From the NCBI GenBank assembly GCA_963792965.1, contig CAWBYW010000018.1:1-64000 (forward strand): 64,000 nucleotides of DNA, written 5' to 3'. The notes under the pieces are model-generated. The model made no database searches. It saw nothing but the letters and a program-made list of their open reading frames with translations, and was not told the DNA's origin. Both the position numbers and the translations under genes were made by a program. Below are positions 11,521 through 25,253 of this stretch, piece by piece. The DNA is from an uncultured delta proteobacterium (GTDB lineage: Bacteria > Desulfobacterota > Zymogenia > Zymogenales > Zymogenaceae). The number at the start of each line of letters is the position of its first letter. Position 1 is the first letter of the stretch.

Positions 11521-12363
11521 TTAGACTCCAAAATCCAATGCCTCACTGTTAAATCGTCCCCGATACACCACTCGGGCATCACCCGTAAGCGAGACGCGTC
11601 TGATTTGGTGACCGTCGGGCTCAAAATCGACGACCAGCCCGATCAGCGACGTCGGAATAACCGTCACGGGAAGTTTCACCTTACCCTTAAGAAAGCTCGT
11701 CACCGCCACGGCGACCGCCCCGGTCCCGCAGGCCAGCGTCTCCCCTTCCACTCCCCGCTCAAATGTCCTGAGCCGGATAGTGTTTTCCCCTGTAACGGCT
11801 ACGAAATTGACGTTCGCGCCCTCCGCTCCGAAGGCAGCATGACCCCGTATCTTCCTGCCGATGCCGTCCACGTCCACCGCGTCTACGTCCATGACCGTCA
11901 CGACGGCGTGGGGAACGCCGGTGTCCACAAAATCATAGACGATGTCCGAACCCTCAATGGAAATCTCTTCATCCAGCCGTGCCTGCGAGGGATCGGTCAT
12001 CCCGATCCTCACGTGCCCCGACCCGAGGACCTCCCCCTTCACGACGCCCGCCCCGGTAAGAAACGATACTTTTCTGCCGGAGATCCCCAACAGGAACGAC
12101 AAACGGGCGGCGCAGCGCGCCCCGTTACCGCACATGTCGGCTGCCGATCCATCCGCATTATAGAACCGCCATCGAAAATCGATACCGGCCGCATCCGGCT
12201 TTTCGATGAGGATAACCCCATCGGCGCCGATCGAGATCCCCCTCGTGCAGAGCTTCCGTATCGCGGCTCCGACATCCGGAAAATCGAAGACGCCCGACCG
12301 GTTGTCCACAAAGATGAAGTCGTTTCCGGCCCCAGACATCTTGTAGAATTCAATATCTTCCAT
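11521..12363 (-). CDS. dapF: diaminopimelate epimerase
   Basis: KMSGAGNDF, MCGNGARC, ERGVEGETLACGTG. Confidence 0.97.
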   Translation of the reverse strand: MEDIEFYKMSGAGNDFIFVDNRSGVFDFPDVGAAIRKLCTRGISIGADGVILIEKPDAAGIDFRWRFYNADGSAADMCGNGARCAARLSFLLGISGRKVSFLTGAGVVKGEVLGSGHVRIGMTDPSQARLDEEISIEGSDIVYDFVDTGVPHAVVTVMDVDAVDVDGIGRKIRGHAAFGAEGANVNFVAVTGENTIRLRTFERGVEGETLACGTGAVAVAVTSFLKGKVKLPVTVIPTSLIGLVVDFEPDGHQIRRVSLTGDARVVYRGRFNSEALDFGV

Positions 12364-12429
12364 AGCAATCGAGGTATCTTTCTATTCAGACACCGGTTTT
12401 CCCGATAGGTTCTCGCCTTCCCAAAATAA

Positions 12430-13671
12430 TCATTCGGCAGCCTCCCCGCGGATCAGGTCCTCAAGGCTCTCGCGCTCCCTGATGATCCGATACGATCCCC
12501 CGTCCACCATCACCTCGGCCGCACGCGGCCGGGAGTTGTAGTTGGACGACATCGAAAAGCCGTACGCCCCTGCACTCATGACGGCCAAGAGGTCGCCCCT
12601 GCTCACCCCCGACAGCCGCCTCCCCTTGGCAAGGTAGTCGGAGGACTCGCAGATCGGTCCCACTACGTCAGCGATTATCTCCGCCCCGGTCTTCTGAATC
12701 ACCGGGACCACCTCGTGATACGAGTCATAGATGGCCACTCGTGCAAGGTCATTCATACCGGCGTCGACGATCACGAAGTTTTTCTCGGCCTCTTTCGTGT
12801 AGAGCACACGCGTGAGAAGGATACCCGCGTTGCCCACCAGCACCCTGCCGGGCTCCAGGATGAAGACGACGCCGAGATCACCCGCGATATTCTTGATGGC
12901 CTGGGCGTACGAGGTGGGATCGGGCGGCTCCTCGTCCCGGTAGGTAATCCCAAGCCCCCCTCCGAAGTCAAGATACTTGATGACGAAGCCCGACTTCCTC
13001 AGCGTGAGAACCAGCTCTTTTACCCGCCCGAGGGCGTCAACAAAGGGGTCAAGCTCCGTCACCTGCGAGCCGATGTGGCAGTCTACGCCGACCACCTCGA
13101 TGTTGGCAAGCTTGCGCGCCTGCTCGTAGTCCGAGACGACCTTTGTGATGTCGATGCCGAACTTATTGAGCCTGAGTCCCGTGGAGATCTTCGGGTGAGT
13201 CTTCGGGTCCACGTCGGGGTTCACCCGCACCGAGATTCTGGCCTTCTTGCCCAGCCGGCCCGCGATCTCATCGATGACCATCAGCTCCTGAAACGATTCC
13301 ACGTTGAACATCAGGATATCGGAAACAAGGGCCTGCTCGATCTCCCGCTCGGTCTTTCCCACCCCCGAATAGACGATCTTCTGTGGATCGACTCCCGCCT
13401 CTCGCGCCCGAAACAACTCCCCGCCCGAGACGATATCGACGCCGGCCCCCATCTCCAGAAAGAGCTTGAGAATGGCGAGGTTGGAGTTCGCCTTCATGGC
13501 AAAGCAGATGAGATGGGGCAGCTCGCCGAAGGCCTCGTCGAAGACACGCAGGTGATGGACAAGGGTCTTTTTGCTGTAGACGTAGGCCGGCGTCCCCACC
13601 TCGCCGGCCAGTCGCATGAGCGGGATATCCTCGGCACAGAGCTCCGATTCGTGGAAGGTGAAGAAGTTCAC
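12430..13671 (-). CDS. lysA: diaminopimelate decarboxylase
   Basis: FAMKANS, HIGSQ, GGGLG, EPGR, GPICESSD, GAYG. Confidence 0.97.
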   Translation of the reverse strand: MNFFTFHESELCAEDIPLMRLAGEVGTPAYVYSKKTLVHHLRVFDEAFGELPHLICFAMKANSNLAILKLFLEMGAGVDIVSGGELFRAREAGVDPQKIVYSGVGKTEREIEQALVSDILMFNVESFQELMVIDEIAGRLGKKARISVRVNPDVDPKTHPKISTGLRLNKFGIDITKVVSDYEQARKLANIEVVGVDCHIGSQVTELDPFVDALGRVKELVLTLRKSGFVIKYLDFGGGLGITYRDEEPPDPTSYAQAIKNIAGDLGVVFILEPGRVLVGNAGILLTRVLYTKEAEKNFVIVDAGMNDLARVAIYDSYHEVVPVIQKTGAEIIADVVGPICESSDYLAKGRRLSGVSRGDLLAVMSAGAYGFSMSSNYNSRPRAAEVMVDGGSYRIIRERESLEDLIRGEAAE

Positions 13672-14132
13672 TTGACCCTCTCGAAATAGACGTCGATGAG
13701 GTTTGACGGGCTGCTGAAATTCCCCATCGAGTTATATGAGACCACCTCATACGTATAGGTGATGGACGGTGAGAGGGAGGTGTCCGAATAAAGCACGGAG
13801 CCGCCGGATATCTCGGCCTTTCCCGGGACGGTGAGGGTGAAGTCGGCGATCTCCTTGAACTTCATCGAGCACGGTGGACAGTCGATGTCTTTGTCCGGGA
13901 TGTCCTTCCTCAATATCTTAAAACCCGTGAGGTCGGCCAAGTCGGTCCCGTCGGAGTTCTTGGTCGGCACCGTCCACTTGAGCATGATACCGCCGTCGAT
14001 CTTTTTCAGCCTGAGATCGGATATCCTGTTCGGAACCACCACCTCCGGGGGAAGCGGGGGCGCCTTGAGCCCGCAGGAGACCAGGAAGAGAGCCGCAATA
14101 AAGAAGAGAAGATATTTCTTCATACTACCCAC
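13668..14132 (-). CDS. lipoprotein with LptM/YifL-like N-terminus and fibronectin type III-like domain
   Basis: Lipobox LVSC followed by GLKAPPLPP; beta-rich LKW...Y.Y.V pattern; position just upstream of lysA. Confidence 0.7.
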   Translation of the reverse strand: MGSMKKYLLFFIAALFLVSCGLKAPPLPPEVVVPNRISDLRLKKIDGGIMLKWTVPTKNSDGTDLADLTGFKILRKDIPDKDIDCPPCSMKFKEIADFTLTVPGKAEISGGSVLYSDTSLSPSITYTYEVVSYNSMGNFSSPSNLIDVYFERVK

Positions 14133-14179
14133 CTTATTATCTTGTCTTACCGTCTATAGGTACGCACGATACGGAGAGC

Positions 14180-15605
14180 CTATTTGGTCTTCCCCTTCCG
14201 GGGCTTCTCCGCTTCCCGTCGACCCTCCTGGTCCTCGATGCGGCTGATCTCTTCGATCATCTCCCGGATCCGCTCGGGAGCCGTCCCCCCGGTGACAAGG
14301 CGGGAGCCTGCCGACGCCTCGGGCCTCAATACCTCCAGGATATCGGGCTCGAAGAGCGGCGAAAATACCTTCAGGTCCGAGGCCGCCAGATCCGTCAGTC
14401 CCTTTCCCTCGCTCTCAAGCTTCAGCACCATCTTCCCCACCACTTCGTGGGCGTCCCGAAAGCTCATCCCCTTTTTCACGAGGTAGTCGGCGGCGTCCGT
14501 GGCGGTGATAAACCCCTCCGAGAGCGCCTTTTTCATACGCCCGGCGTTGAACGAGAGCTCACCGAGCATCCCGGCCATGACGGAGGTCGAGGCGACCACG
14601 GTATCGGTGGCGTCGAAGAGGGGCTCTTTGTCCTCCTGCATATCCCGGTTATAGGTTAGGGGCAGCCCCTTCATCACGACAAGCACCGAAAAGAGGTCAC
14701 CGTATACGCGGCCGGTCTTTCCGCGTATCAGCTCGGCCACATCGGGGTTTTTCTTCTGGGGCATGATCGAGGAGCCGGTTGCATATCCGTCGGGCAGCGT
14801 TACGTATCCGAACTCGGAAGACGAAAAGATGACCAGCTCCTCCGAGAGCCGCGAGAGGTGCATCATCGTGACGGCCGCACCAAAGAGAAAATCGATCACG
14901 AAGTCCCGGTCGGAGACGGCATCCATGCTGTTTCGTGTCTCTGCAGAAAAGCCGAAGAGATCGGCGGTATATTTCCGGTCAAGCGCGTACGGCACCCCCG
15001 CCAGCGCCCCGGAGCCGAGGGGAGAGGCGTCCGCGGACTTCTGGGCCGCGGCGAACCGCTCGCCGTCACGCCGAAACATCTCCCAGTAGGCCAACAGATA
15101 GTGGGACAAGCAGCACCGGCTGCGCCCGCTGAAGGTGGGTGTAGCCGGGCATCATGACCCCGAGCTGCTCACGCGCCCGCCCGATGATAACCTTCCTGAG
15201 CCCCTTCAGCTCTGCGGCGGCCCTCCCCGCCCAGTCTTTCACAAACGCCCTCGTATCGGCCGAGACCTGGTCGTTTCGGCTCCTCCCGGTGTGAAGCTTG
15301 CCTCCCAGCTCCCCGAGGCGCTCCGTCAATGCCGCCTCGATGTTCATGTGGACGTCTTCGAGATCGTCTCGAAAGTCAAAGGTGCCGGCCTCTATCTCGG
15401 CCCCGATCCGACAGAGCTCCTCCACCAGACGGTGCGTCTCCTGGTCGGTGAGCACCCCCGCCTTATTGAGCGTTCGTGCATGGGCGATGCTTCCGGCGAT
15501 GTCGTATGGGGCAAGGCGCTTATCGAAGGAGACCGAGGCCGTAAACCGCTCCACCTCGCTTTTCGTCTCCTTCGTGAATCTCCCGCCCCACGGTTTCTTT
15601 GTCAT
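14180..15605 (-). CDS. argH: argininosuccinate lyase (one frameshift near 15110)
   Basis: WGGRF, HTGRSRNDQ, MPGYTHLQRAQP in 15066-15605; GSSIMPQKKNPD in 14180-15109. Confidence 0.95.
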
Positions 15606-15622
15606 CTCGGCGCCGCCTTACG

Positions 15623-16831
15623 CTATTCGATGCCCATGAGGGCCTTGATCCGCAGCCTCAGCGCGTTGAGGCGTATGAAGCCGGTGGCATCCTTCTGGGA
15701 ATAGACCTCGTCCTCATCGAAGGTGGCAAAGCCGCCGTGGTAGAGGGTCTGTTCCGATCTTCTCCCCGAGACGGTGACGTTACCCTTGTAGAGGTCAAGC
15801 CTGACCTCACCCGAGACGTTCTTCTGGGCCTCGTCGATCGACTTCTGGATCATCTCGCGCTCCGGAGAGAACCAGTAGCCAAAGTAGATCAGTCGGGCAT
15901 ACTGGGGGATCAGGCCGTCGCGGACGTACATCACCTCACGATCCATGGTGATCGACTCAACTGCGCGATGCGCCGCCTGAAGGATGGTCCCCCCGGGGGT
16001 CTCGTAGACGCCGCGCGACTTTATCCCGACGTAGCGGTTCTCCACCATGTCCACCCTGCCGATGCCGTTTTCCCCGCCGACCCTGTTGAGGTAGACGAGG
16101 ATCTCGGCCGGGCTCATCCGCTTCCCGTTGATCGCCACGGGGTTGCCCCTGTCGTATTCGAGCTCGACGGAGGTCACCGTGTCGGGCGCATCCTTTGGCG
16201 ACTTGGTCAGTTTGAACATGTCGGCCGGGGGTGCCGCCCAGGGGTCCTCGAGGATGCCGCCCTCAAAGCTCATGTGAAAAAGGTTTCGGTCGGTACTGTA
16301 GGGCTTTTCCGCCGTGACGGTGATCGGGATCTTATGCTGCCGGGCGTAGTCTATCAGGGACTTGCGCGAGTTGAATTCCCATTCCCGCCACGGCGAGATG
16401 ATGGTAATGTGCGGCTCGAGGGTCAGATAGGCGATCTCGAATCGAACCTGGTCGTTTCCCTTGCCCGTGCAGCCGTGGCACACGCTGTCGGCCCCCTCGA
16501 GGCGCGCGATCTCTATCTGGCGCTTGGCGATCAGGGGCCGGGCGATGGAGGTGCCCAACAGGTAGGTACCCTCGTAGATCGCGTTTGCCCTGAGCATCGG
16601 GAAGACGAAGTCCGAGACGAACTCCTCCCTCAGGTCCTCAACAAAGACCTTATCCGCGCCCGTGTTGATCGCCTTCTCTTTGAGGCCCTCGGTCTCCCCG
16701 CTGCCCTGGCCGACGTCGGCGGTGTAGGCAATCACCTCGGCTCCGTAGTTTTCCTTGATCCACCTCAATATTACCGAAGTATCCAGCCCGCCAGAATAGG
16801 CCACTACCACCTTCTTGACCTTACCTTTCAC
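15623..16831 (-). CDS. argG: argininosuccinate synthase
   Basis: [33 protein letters not shown]. Confidence 0.97.
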   Translation of the reverse strand: MKGKVKKVVVAYSGGLDTSVILRWIKENYGAEVIAYTADVGQGSGETEGLKEKAINTGADKVFVEDLREEFVSDFVFPMLRANAIYEGTYLLGTSIARPLIAKRQIEIARLEGADSVCHGCTGKGNDQVRFEIAYLTLEPHITIISPWREWEFNSRKSLIDYARQHKIPITVTAEKPYSTDRNLFHMSFEGGILEDPWAAPPADMFKLTKSPKDAPDTVTSVELEYDRGNPVAINGKRMSPAEILVYLNRVGGENGIGRVDMVENRYVGIKSRGVYETPGGTILQAAHRAVESITMDREVMYVRDGLIPQYARLIYFGYWFSPEREMIQKSIDEAQKNVSGEVRLDLYKGNVTVSGRRSEQTLYHGGFATFDEDEVYSQKDATGFIRLNALRLRIKALMGIE

Positions 16832-17751
16832 CGATTTTTTCCATCCTTTCGCTCAAGATATCCATGATCGCCTTCTGAACGTGGAGGCGATTGTGAGCCT
16901 GTAAAAAGACGATCGAGTTCTTCCCGTCCATGACGCTGTCGGAAATCTCCTCGCCCCGATGCGCCGGGAGGCAGTGCATCACCCGAACGTCTTTCGGGGC
17001 CGCCGACACAAGCTCATCATTGACCTGAAAACCCTTCAGGAGCCCGATCTTCTTTTGCCGCTCCTTGTCCTGTCCCATGCTCACCCACGTGTCGGTGTAG
17101 ATGATATCGGCCGTCTGGACCGCCTTAAACGGGTCGTGGACGACCGAGAGCTTGTCTCCGAGCTTCTGCTTTCCCGCGTTGAATACCTCGCCGTCGGGAA
17201 GCAGCTCGTTTGGGCAGGCCAGGATCAGCCTGAAATCGAAGAGGGCGGCGGCGTTGATCCACGAGTTGGCCAGATTATTGCCGTCCCCGACATAGACGAC
17301 GGTGAGGTCGTTGAGGCTTCCCCCCCGGCCCTCGGCGACCGTGTAGACATCGCTCATCACCTGGCAGGGATGGAGGAGGTCGGTCAGCCCGTTGATCACC
17401 GGGATCGTCGCCCAGTGGGCCAGTTCTTCGACCATCGCCTGCGAAAACGCGCGGATCATGATCATATCCACGTAACCCGAGAGCGTCCGGGCCGTGTCGG
17501 CCACGGTCTCCCCGCGGGACAATTGCAGGTCCGTCGCCGAGAGGTAGAGCCCGACCCCGCCGAGCTGGTAGATCCCCACCTCGAAGGAGACCCGCGTACG
17601 GGTCGAAGGTTTTTCAAAGATCATGGCCAGCGTCTTACCCTTCATCGGAGTATAGGTGATCCCGTTGAGGTACCGCGTCTTGACGTCTTTTGCCCGCTCG
17701 ATTATCTCCCAACCCTCATCGGCCGTCAAGTGGGAAATCCTCAAAAAATCC

Positions 17752-17759
<8 letters not shown>
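16821..17759 (-). CDS. argF: ornithine carbamoyltransferase
   Basis: STRTR, HPCQ, HCLP. Confidence 0.97.
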
Positions 17760-18951
<1,192 letters not shown>

Positions 18952-18962
18952 TGAAAGAACCT

Positions 18963-19850
<888 letters not shown>

Positions 19851-20020
19851 AGTCTATCCGATACGGGGACACTACTCGGCACGACGCGTCACGACGTGCG
19901 GTGCGGGCGAGCCTCGAGTGCCTGTCTGAGACAGAGGACAGTGGATGCTTCGCGACGACACGGGACAAAATGGTCGATGGATCGCCACTGAGCCGGGCGC
20001 CCGCCGTGCCGGCCCACCCG

Positions 20021-21409
20021 TTATAGAATAAATCTGCTCAGGTCCTGATCCTCGATGATGTCCTTGAGCTTCTCTGGACGTAGGCCCGATCGATGCTGAT
20101 TTTCTTTGTGGAGAGCTCCGGTGCGGTGAACGATATCTCATCCAGCAGCCGCTCCATGATCGTGTGCAGGCGCCGGGCGCCGATGTTCTCGCTCCTGCTG
20201 TTCACCAGCGCCGCCATCTCGGCGATCTCCAGGATCGCGTCGTCCGTGAACGAAAGGTTGATCGACTCCGTATTCATGAGCGCCACGTACTGCGTGATGA
20301 GGGCGTTCTTCGGCTCGGTGAGGATACGCACAAAATGATCCTTGGTGAGCGGCTCGAGCTCCACTCGGAGGGGAAATCTCCCCTGGAGCTCCGGGATCAG
20401 GTCGGAAGGCTTTGAGACGTGGAACGCCCCGGCCGCGATGAAGAGGATATGGTCGGTCTTGACGATACCGTACTTTGTGTTGACGGACGAGCCTTCCACG
20501 ATCGGAAGGATGTCCCGCTGAACCCCCTCCCTTGAGACATCGGGCCCGTGGCTTGTCTCACGGCCCGCGATCTTGTCGATCTCGTCGATGAAGATGATCC
20601 CCGATACCTCGACGCGCTCCACGGCCTGGCCCACCACCTTATCCATGTCGACCAGCCGCTGCGCCTCCTCCTGGGCCAGGAGCTCGATCGCCTCGGATAC
20701 CTTCACTTTTTTTCTCTTGGTTCGCTTGGGGAAGAGGTTGCCGAACATGTCCTTGATGTTGATGTCCATCTCTTCCATGCCGGACGCCCGAGAAAATCTC
20801 CACCATCGGGATGTTTTTTTCCCGCGTCTCCAGCTCCACCATCCGGTCGTTCAGCTTTCCTTCCCGGAGGAGCTTCTTGAGCTTCTCCCGGGTATTCTTA
20901 TAGCTGCTGTCCTCAATCGCCACAGCAGCCGGCTCGACCGCGTCGACCTCTTGGGGCTCTTCGGGCGCCTCGGACGAGGTAGAGACTGCCTTGGTCCGGG
21001 GCAGGAGTATATCAAGGATCCGCTCTTCCGCCAGCTCCTGGGCCCTGATCTTGACCTTCTGGATCTCCTCCTCCTTGACCATACTGACCGAAAGCTCCAT
21101 GAGGTCACGGATCATCGACTCGACGTCGCGCCCGACGTAACCGACCTCGGTGAACTTGGACGCCTCCACCTTCAGGAACGGCGCCTGGGCAAGCCGCGCC
21201 AGTCGCCGCGCGATCTCGGTCTTGCCAACGCCGGTGGGGCCGATCATGATGATGTTTTTCGGGGCGATCTCGTCCCGAAGCTCTTCCGGCACCCGCATCC
21301 GGCGCCAGCGGTTCCTGAGCGCTATCGCCACCGCGCGCTTGGCTTTATCCTGGCCGACGATATATCGATCCAGCTCCGAGACGATTTCCCGGGGCGTAAA
21401 TGTCTGCAT
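20021..21409 (-). CDS. hslU: ATP-dependent protease ATPase subunit HslU (two frameshifts)
   Basis: [27 protein letters not shown]; conserved C-terminus DLSRFIL ends at TAA 20021-20023. Confidence 0.95.
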
Positions 21410-21551
21410 CTATTTCTCCTTCGCTGAGATACCCCGGGAAAATTCTCTTTTCCCGGGTGCCCCGTCAAAGAGATCAACGGGACGAAAAGACGATTTCCCG
21501 ACAGGGCCGTTCGGATATGCGAATGCCATCCGGATGACCCGGTCTCACTGC

Positions 21552-22085
21552 CTATAGAACTTCTACGGTAATTCGATCGTTGGTATAGATACAAATATCG
21601 GCGGCGATCTTCAGCGCCTCCTCGGCGATTTCGCGCGCCGAAAGCGACGTGTGGCGAATAAGCGCCCGGGCCGCCGCCTGGGCGTATCCGCCGCCGGAGC
21701 CGATGGCGATCACCTCGTCGTCCGGCTCCAGCACGTCCCCGCCGCCCGAGATAACCAGCGACACTTTGTCGTCGGCCACCAACAGCAGCGCCTCCAGGCG
21801 CCTCAGGTATTTGTCCGTCCGCCACTCCTTGGTCAGCTCGACGGCGCTCCTGAGGAGGTTCCCGTTGTACTGCTCAAGCTTGGTCTCAAACCGCTCAAAA
21901 AGCGTGAAGGCGTCGGCGGTGGTGCCCGCAAAGCCGGCCAGGATCTTACCGTTATACAGACGCCTGAGCTTCTTTGCGCCCTGCTTGATGACCGTCTCCC
22001 CCATGCTTACCTGTCCGTCACCGGCAATGGCGACCTGCCCGTCCTTCCTCACCGCTAAGACCGTCGTTGAGCGTATTGTGGTCAT
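21552..22085 (-). CDS. hslV: ATP-dependent protease peptidase subunit HslV
   Basis: STTVLAV, GDGQV, AGFAG, IGSGG, DICIYTN. Confidence 0.97.
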   Translation of the reverse strand: MTTIRSTTVLAVRKDGQVAIAGDGQVSMGETVIKQGAKKLRRLYNGKILAGFAGTTADAFTLFERFETKLEQYNGNLLRSAVELTKEWRTDKYLRRLEALLLVADDKVSLVISGGGDVLEPDDEVIAIGSGGGYAQAAARALIRHTSLSAREIAEEALKIAADICIYTNDRITVEVL

Positions 22086-23020
22086 ACTTCGTCCCTCTTC
22101 CTCCCCGACCGCGGGTGCGCCCTGTCATAGACCTCCATGAGGGTATCGACGGAGATATGGGTGTACCGCTGGGTGGTCGATATGCTCTCGTGTCCCAAGA
22201 GCTCCTGAATGTCACGAAGATCCGCCCCCATTTCGAGAAGATGGGTGGCGAAGGCGTGCCGTAATTTGTGGGCGCTCACGTTGAGGGTAAGCGCGCCCAT
22301 AAGGATATATTTCTTTATGATGCGGTTGACGCTTCGATCGGTAAGCCTCGTTCCCCGTTTGTTGAGGAAGAGGGCGTCCGGGTCCATCCCCTGTTTGTCC
22401 GAGCCCCAGAGATCGGGAGTTCGAACGACGCGGTAGTCCGAAAGGCTCGTCAGTGCCGGCCCCCCCATCGGGACGATCCGCTCTTTCTTCCCCTTTCCCG
22501 TCACCCTCACGAGCGACTCGTCCGGATCGATGTCGGACAAATTGAGCCCCACCAGCTCACTCACCCGGATACCGGTCGAATAGAGGAGCTCAAGTATGGC
22601 CGCGTCCCGCCTGCCCGCCGGCGTATCACGATCGGGCAGGGAAAGGAGGGCAAAGACGTCATCCACCGTGAGATAGGCCGCCAGCTTCTCCGAGCCCCGC
22701 GGATAGGAGACGAGCGCGGCGGGGCTGGCGTCTCGATAACCCTTCTTGACGAGAAACCGATAAAAGGTCCTCAAGGTGGAAAGCTTTCGTGATACCGAGC
22801 TCCTTTCACGGTTTTTCACGAGCGAGCCGAGCCAAGCACGGATATCATGATGAGACGCATCTTTCAGACTTACGCGCCCGACCCGTGTCTGCTCCGAAAG
22901 GAAAAACTGGAATTCGTGGAGGTCACCGACATAACTCTTCACGGTATGCGGCGAAGCCCCCCGCTCAAAGGTGAGGTGATATGAAAAGAGCTCTATAACA
23001 TCTGCCTGACTCATTAACAA
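22082..23020 (-). CDS. xerC: tyrosine recombinase XerC
   Basis: [34 protein letters not shown]; usual position upstream of hslVU. Confidence 0.9.
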   Translation of the reverse strand: MLMSQADVIELFSYHLTFERGASPHTVKSYVGDLHEFQFFLSEQTRVGRVSLKDASHHDIRAWLGSLVKNRERSSVSRKLSTLRTFYRFLVKKGYRDASPAALVSYPRGSEKLAAYLTVDDVFALLSLPDRDTPAGRRDAAILELLYSTGIRVSELVGLNLSDIDPDESLVRVTGKGKKERIVPMGGPALTSLSDYRVVRTPDLWGSDKQGMDPDALFLNKRGTRLTDRSVNRIIKKYILMGALTLNVSAHKLRHAFATHLLEMGADLRDIQELLGHESISTTQRYTHISVDTLMEVYDRAHPRSGRKRDEV

Positions 23021-23238
23021 TACAGGCTATCACGATATCGATCAATTATCAATAGAAATTTCACGACCGTAGGCGTATCAGAAGGGCCCGTCTCTCTGAT
23101 GAGCTGCGGAAACGCCCGCAAAGATTTCTCTTGCGGGGTGACCCGCGGATAAGGAATACCCAGTAAGGGATGACAAAGAGTACCCATAACATGAGAAGTC
23201 ACTCGTTTCTTTCCTCTATTTGTAATCCTGTGGCGGCC

Positions 23239-23267
23239 TTGACAGAAACGGGACATCGTACTATTAT
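23239..23267 (+). promoter_or_regulatory. sigma70-type promoter of the small Cys-rich gene
   Basis: TTGACA-17 bp-TATTAT. Confidence 0.65.
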
Positions 23268-23327
23268 AGTAACAAAGGGTTTTTTTGTGCAAGAGGAGAT
23301 ACGATAAGAAAGAGGAAGGAGGTTGTC

Positions 23328-23495
23328 ATGCCAAGCTGTGAAGAGATGAAAAAAGGTCAGATCTATATGTGCAAGGAGTGCGGACTCGAATTGCAGGTGG
23401 TGACCGAGTGCAAGGCCTGCAGTTCTTCTTCTTCAGACTGCGGATGCCCGTGCAGCTTCACCTGCTGCGAGAAGCCGCTCGTCCTGAAGAAGTAG
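23328..23495 (+). CDS. 55-aa Cys-rich desulforedoxin-like / metallothionein-like protein (absent from ORF track)
   Basis: AGGAGG RBS, then MPSCEEMKKGQIYMCKECGLELQVVTECKACSSSSSDCGCPCSFTCCEKPLVLKK (10 Cys; YxCxxCG...CC pattern). Confidence 0.8.
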   Translation: MPSCEEMKKGQIYMCKECGLELQVVTECKACSSSSSDCGCPCSFTCCEKPLVLKK

Positions 23496-23801
23496 GCTGC
23501 TGGGGGCGACGCGACATTTCGACGTTGATGCGATAAGACATCATAAAGGATTCCAGGTTGTTACAGCCTCTCCCGGGAGGGTTCTTCCTCCCGGGTTTTC
23601 TTCTTCATTAGCTGCATTTCCGCCCGTTGCAGGGAATAATTCATGCAAATTTCGTTCGACCTTATCGGCTCGACTGACCTGCGCGCAGCGGACCGCAGAA
23701 GATGATACCTGATTCTCACGGCAAAAAAAGCGCCGATGAGCACGAAAAGCCTTGCGTTCCTCTCCTCGATTTGTTATTAAAAGGTAATCCAGATAAAGGA
23801 C

Positions 23802-23830
23802 TTGACAAAAACGGGAATTTCTATTATATT
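23802..23830 (+). promoter_or_regulatory. sigma70-type promoter of the DUF1858 gene
   Basis: TTGACA-17 bp-TATATT. Confidence 0.7.
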
Positions 23831-23868
23831 AATAGTAAATGAACTTTACGCATAAGAGGAGCTACGAG

Positions 23869-24105
23869 ATGTCTGAGACGAAAAAGATAACGGCCGATAT
23901 GTCCATCGATGAAGTGCTGAAGCTCTATCCCGAGACGGCGGATGTCTTCAAAAAATATTTCCACGGCGGATGCTTCGCCTGCCCGGCTTCCAGGATGGAG
24001 ACGCTGGGTGACGGCGCGTCGGTCCATGGGCTTGATATTGACTTCATTGTCGGCGAGCTGAATAAGAAGGCCGACGGCGCGAAGGTCAAGGCGGCCGGCC
24101 ACTAA
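23869..24105 (+). CDS. DUF1858 family (hybrid-cluster-associated redox disulfide domain) protein
   Basis: ITADMSIDEVL..YPE..VF..GGCFACPAS.METL...A..HG.D; GAGGAG RBS. Confidence 0.8.
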   Translation: MSETKKITADMSIDEVLKLYPETADVFKKYFHGGCFACPASRMETLGDGASVHGLDIDFIVGELNKKADGAKVKAAGH

Positions 24106-24120
24106 TTACCGCTCGAGGCG

Positions 24121-24162
24121 CGCAACAAAAAAACCCGGGAGTTCCCGGGTTTTTTTGTTGCG
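24121..24162. terminator. bidirectional rho-independent terminator
   Basis: Perfect 20-bp inverted repeat with A and T tracts between convergent genes. Confidence 0.85.
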
Positions 24163-24204
24163 ATCGCCGGCTCTGTACGCCGGCCATATCACGGCGTCGG
24201 CGGC

Positions 24205-25089
24205 TTAGTTCAAGATATAGTAGAGCGGGTTGACGTGTACGCCGTTCAGCTCGACCTCGTAGTGGAGGTGCGGGCCGGTAGTATTGCCGCTGTTTCCGGA
24301 CAGCGCGATCCGGTCACCCCGCTTGACCTTGTCACCCACCTTGACGAGCGCCGAATAGAGGTGCCCGTAGTTGGTCGTAATCCCGTAGCCGTGGCTGATC
24401 GTCATGAAGTTGCCGTATCCCTGCTGGATGCCGACGAAGATCACGACGCCGTCTGCGGGGGCGAGTATTACCGTCCCGACCTTATTGGCGATGTCGATGC
24501 CCATATGGAACCTTCCCCAGCGGGGACCGAACGGCGAGCTTAAGAACCCCCTCATGGGCCAGACCGCCGGGGTGGAGTCTATGACGTCTTTTTGCTCTTC
24601 CATAAAGCTCATCAGCTCGTTGAAGCTCTCTTCCTGCTGCCTCGATTCGGCAAGGAGACGATCGAGGTCCTTGTCAACGGCGGCGGCCAGATCGTCGTGG
24701 CGTTCCGCGAGATCCTTCAGGGATGCGTCCTCCGGCGACGGCCCGCCGATACCGAAGACCTCACTTGAGCCCGAGTCCACCACCGTAAGCGTGCGGAGCT
24801 GCTGATCGATCTGTTTGATCGTCTCGACCCGCGCGGCGATCCGCTTATAGGATTTCTTGAACCCCGTGAGCTCTTCGGAGAGGAAGCCGTTTTCTTTCTT
24901 CAGCGTGTAGAGCTCTCTGACCTTCACGTGGAAGTTCATGTAGGAATATACCATGATTACCGATGCGGCGACCGCGGTGAGGATCGACAGCGAGATGATG
25001 CCGATGACGATATTTGAGAGGTTGAACTTATGGAATGTCTTGGCGTCTTGGCTCGTGATGATAATGGAGAAGTAGGACTTCTTGATCAT
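24205..25089 (-). CDS. M23 family metallopeptidase with N-terminal TM and coiled coil
   Basis: HMGIDIA, YGHL, TGPHLHYEV. Confidence 0.9.
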   Translation of the reverse strand: MIKKSYFSIIITSQDAKTFHKFNLSNIVIGIISLSILTAVAASVIMVYSYMNFHVKVRELYTLKKENGFLSEELTGFKKSYKRIAARVETIKQIDQQLRTLTVVDSGSSEVFGIGGPSPEDASLKDLAERHDDLAAAVDKDLDRLLAESRQQEESFNELMSFMEEQKDVIDSTPAVWPMRGFLSSPFGPRWGRFHMGIDIANKVGTVILAPADGVVIFVGIQQGYGNFMTISHGYGITTNYGHLYSALVKVGDKVKRGDRIALSGNSGNTTGPHLHYEVELNGVHVNPLYYILN

Positions 25090-25253
25090 GATAGGTTCCC
25101 GCGCAGGATGAGCGTGCGCAAAAGTACGAATAGTGGGTATGTATGTCACGGAATATAGGGATAAATCGACGGATAGTCAAGAAAATTAGAGAAAATTAAT
25201 GGAAGGTAAGACCGTAAATAGGGTGAGCGGGCCGCTCTGCGATTTCAGTTGCC

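Noticed and set aside
22082-23020. Tyrosine recombinase as a prophage or island integrase
   Set aside because: Its length, motifs and position overlapping hslV fit housekeeping XerC.
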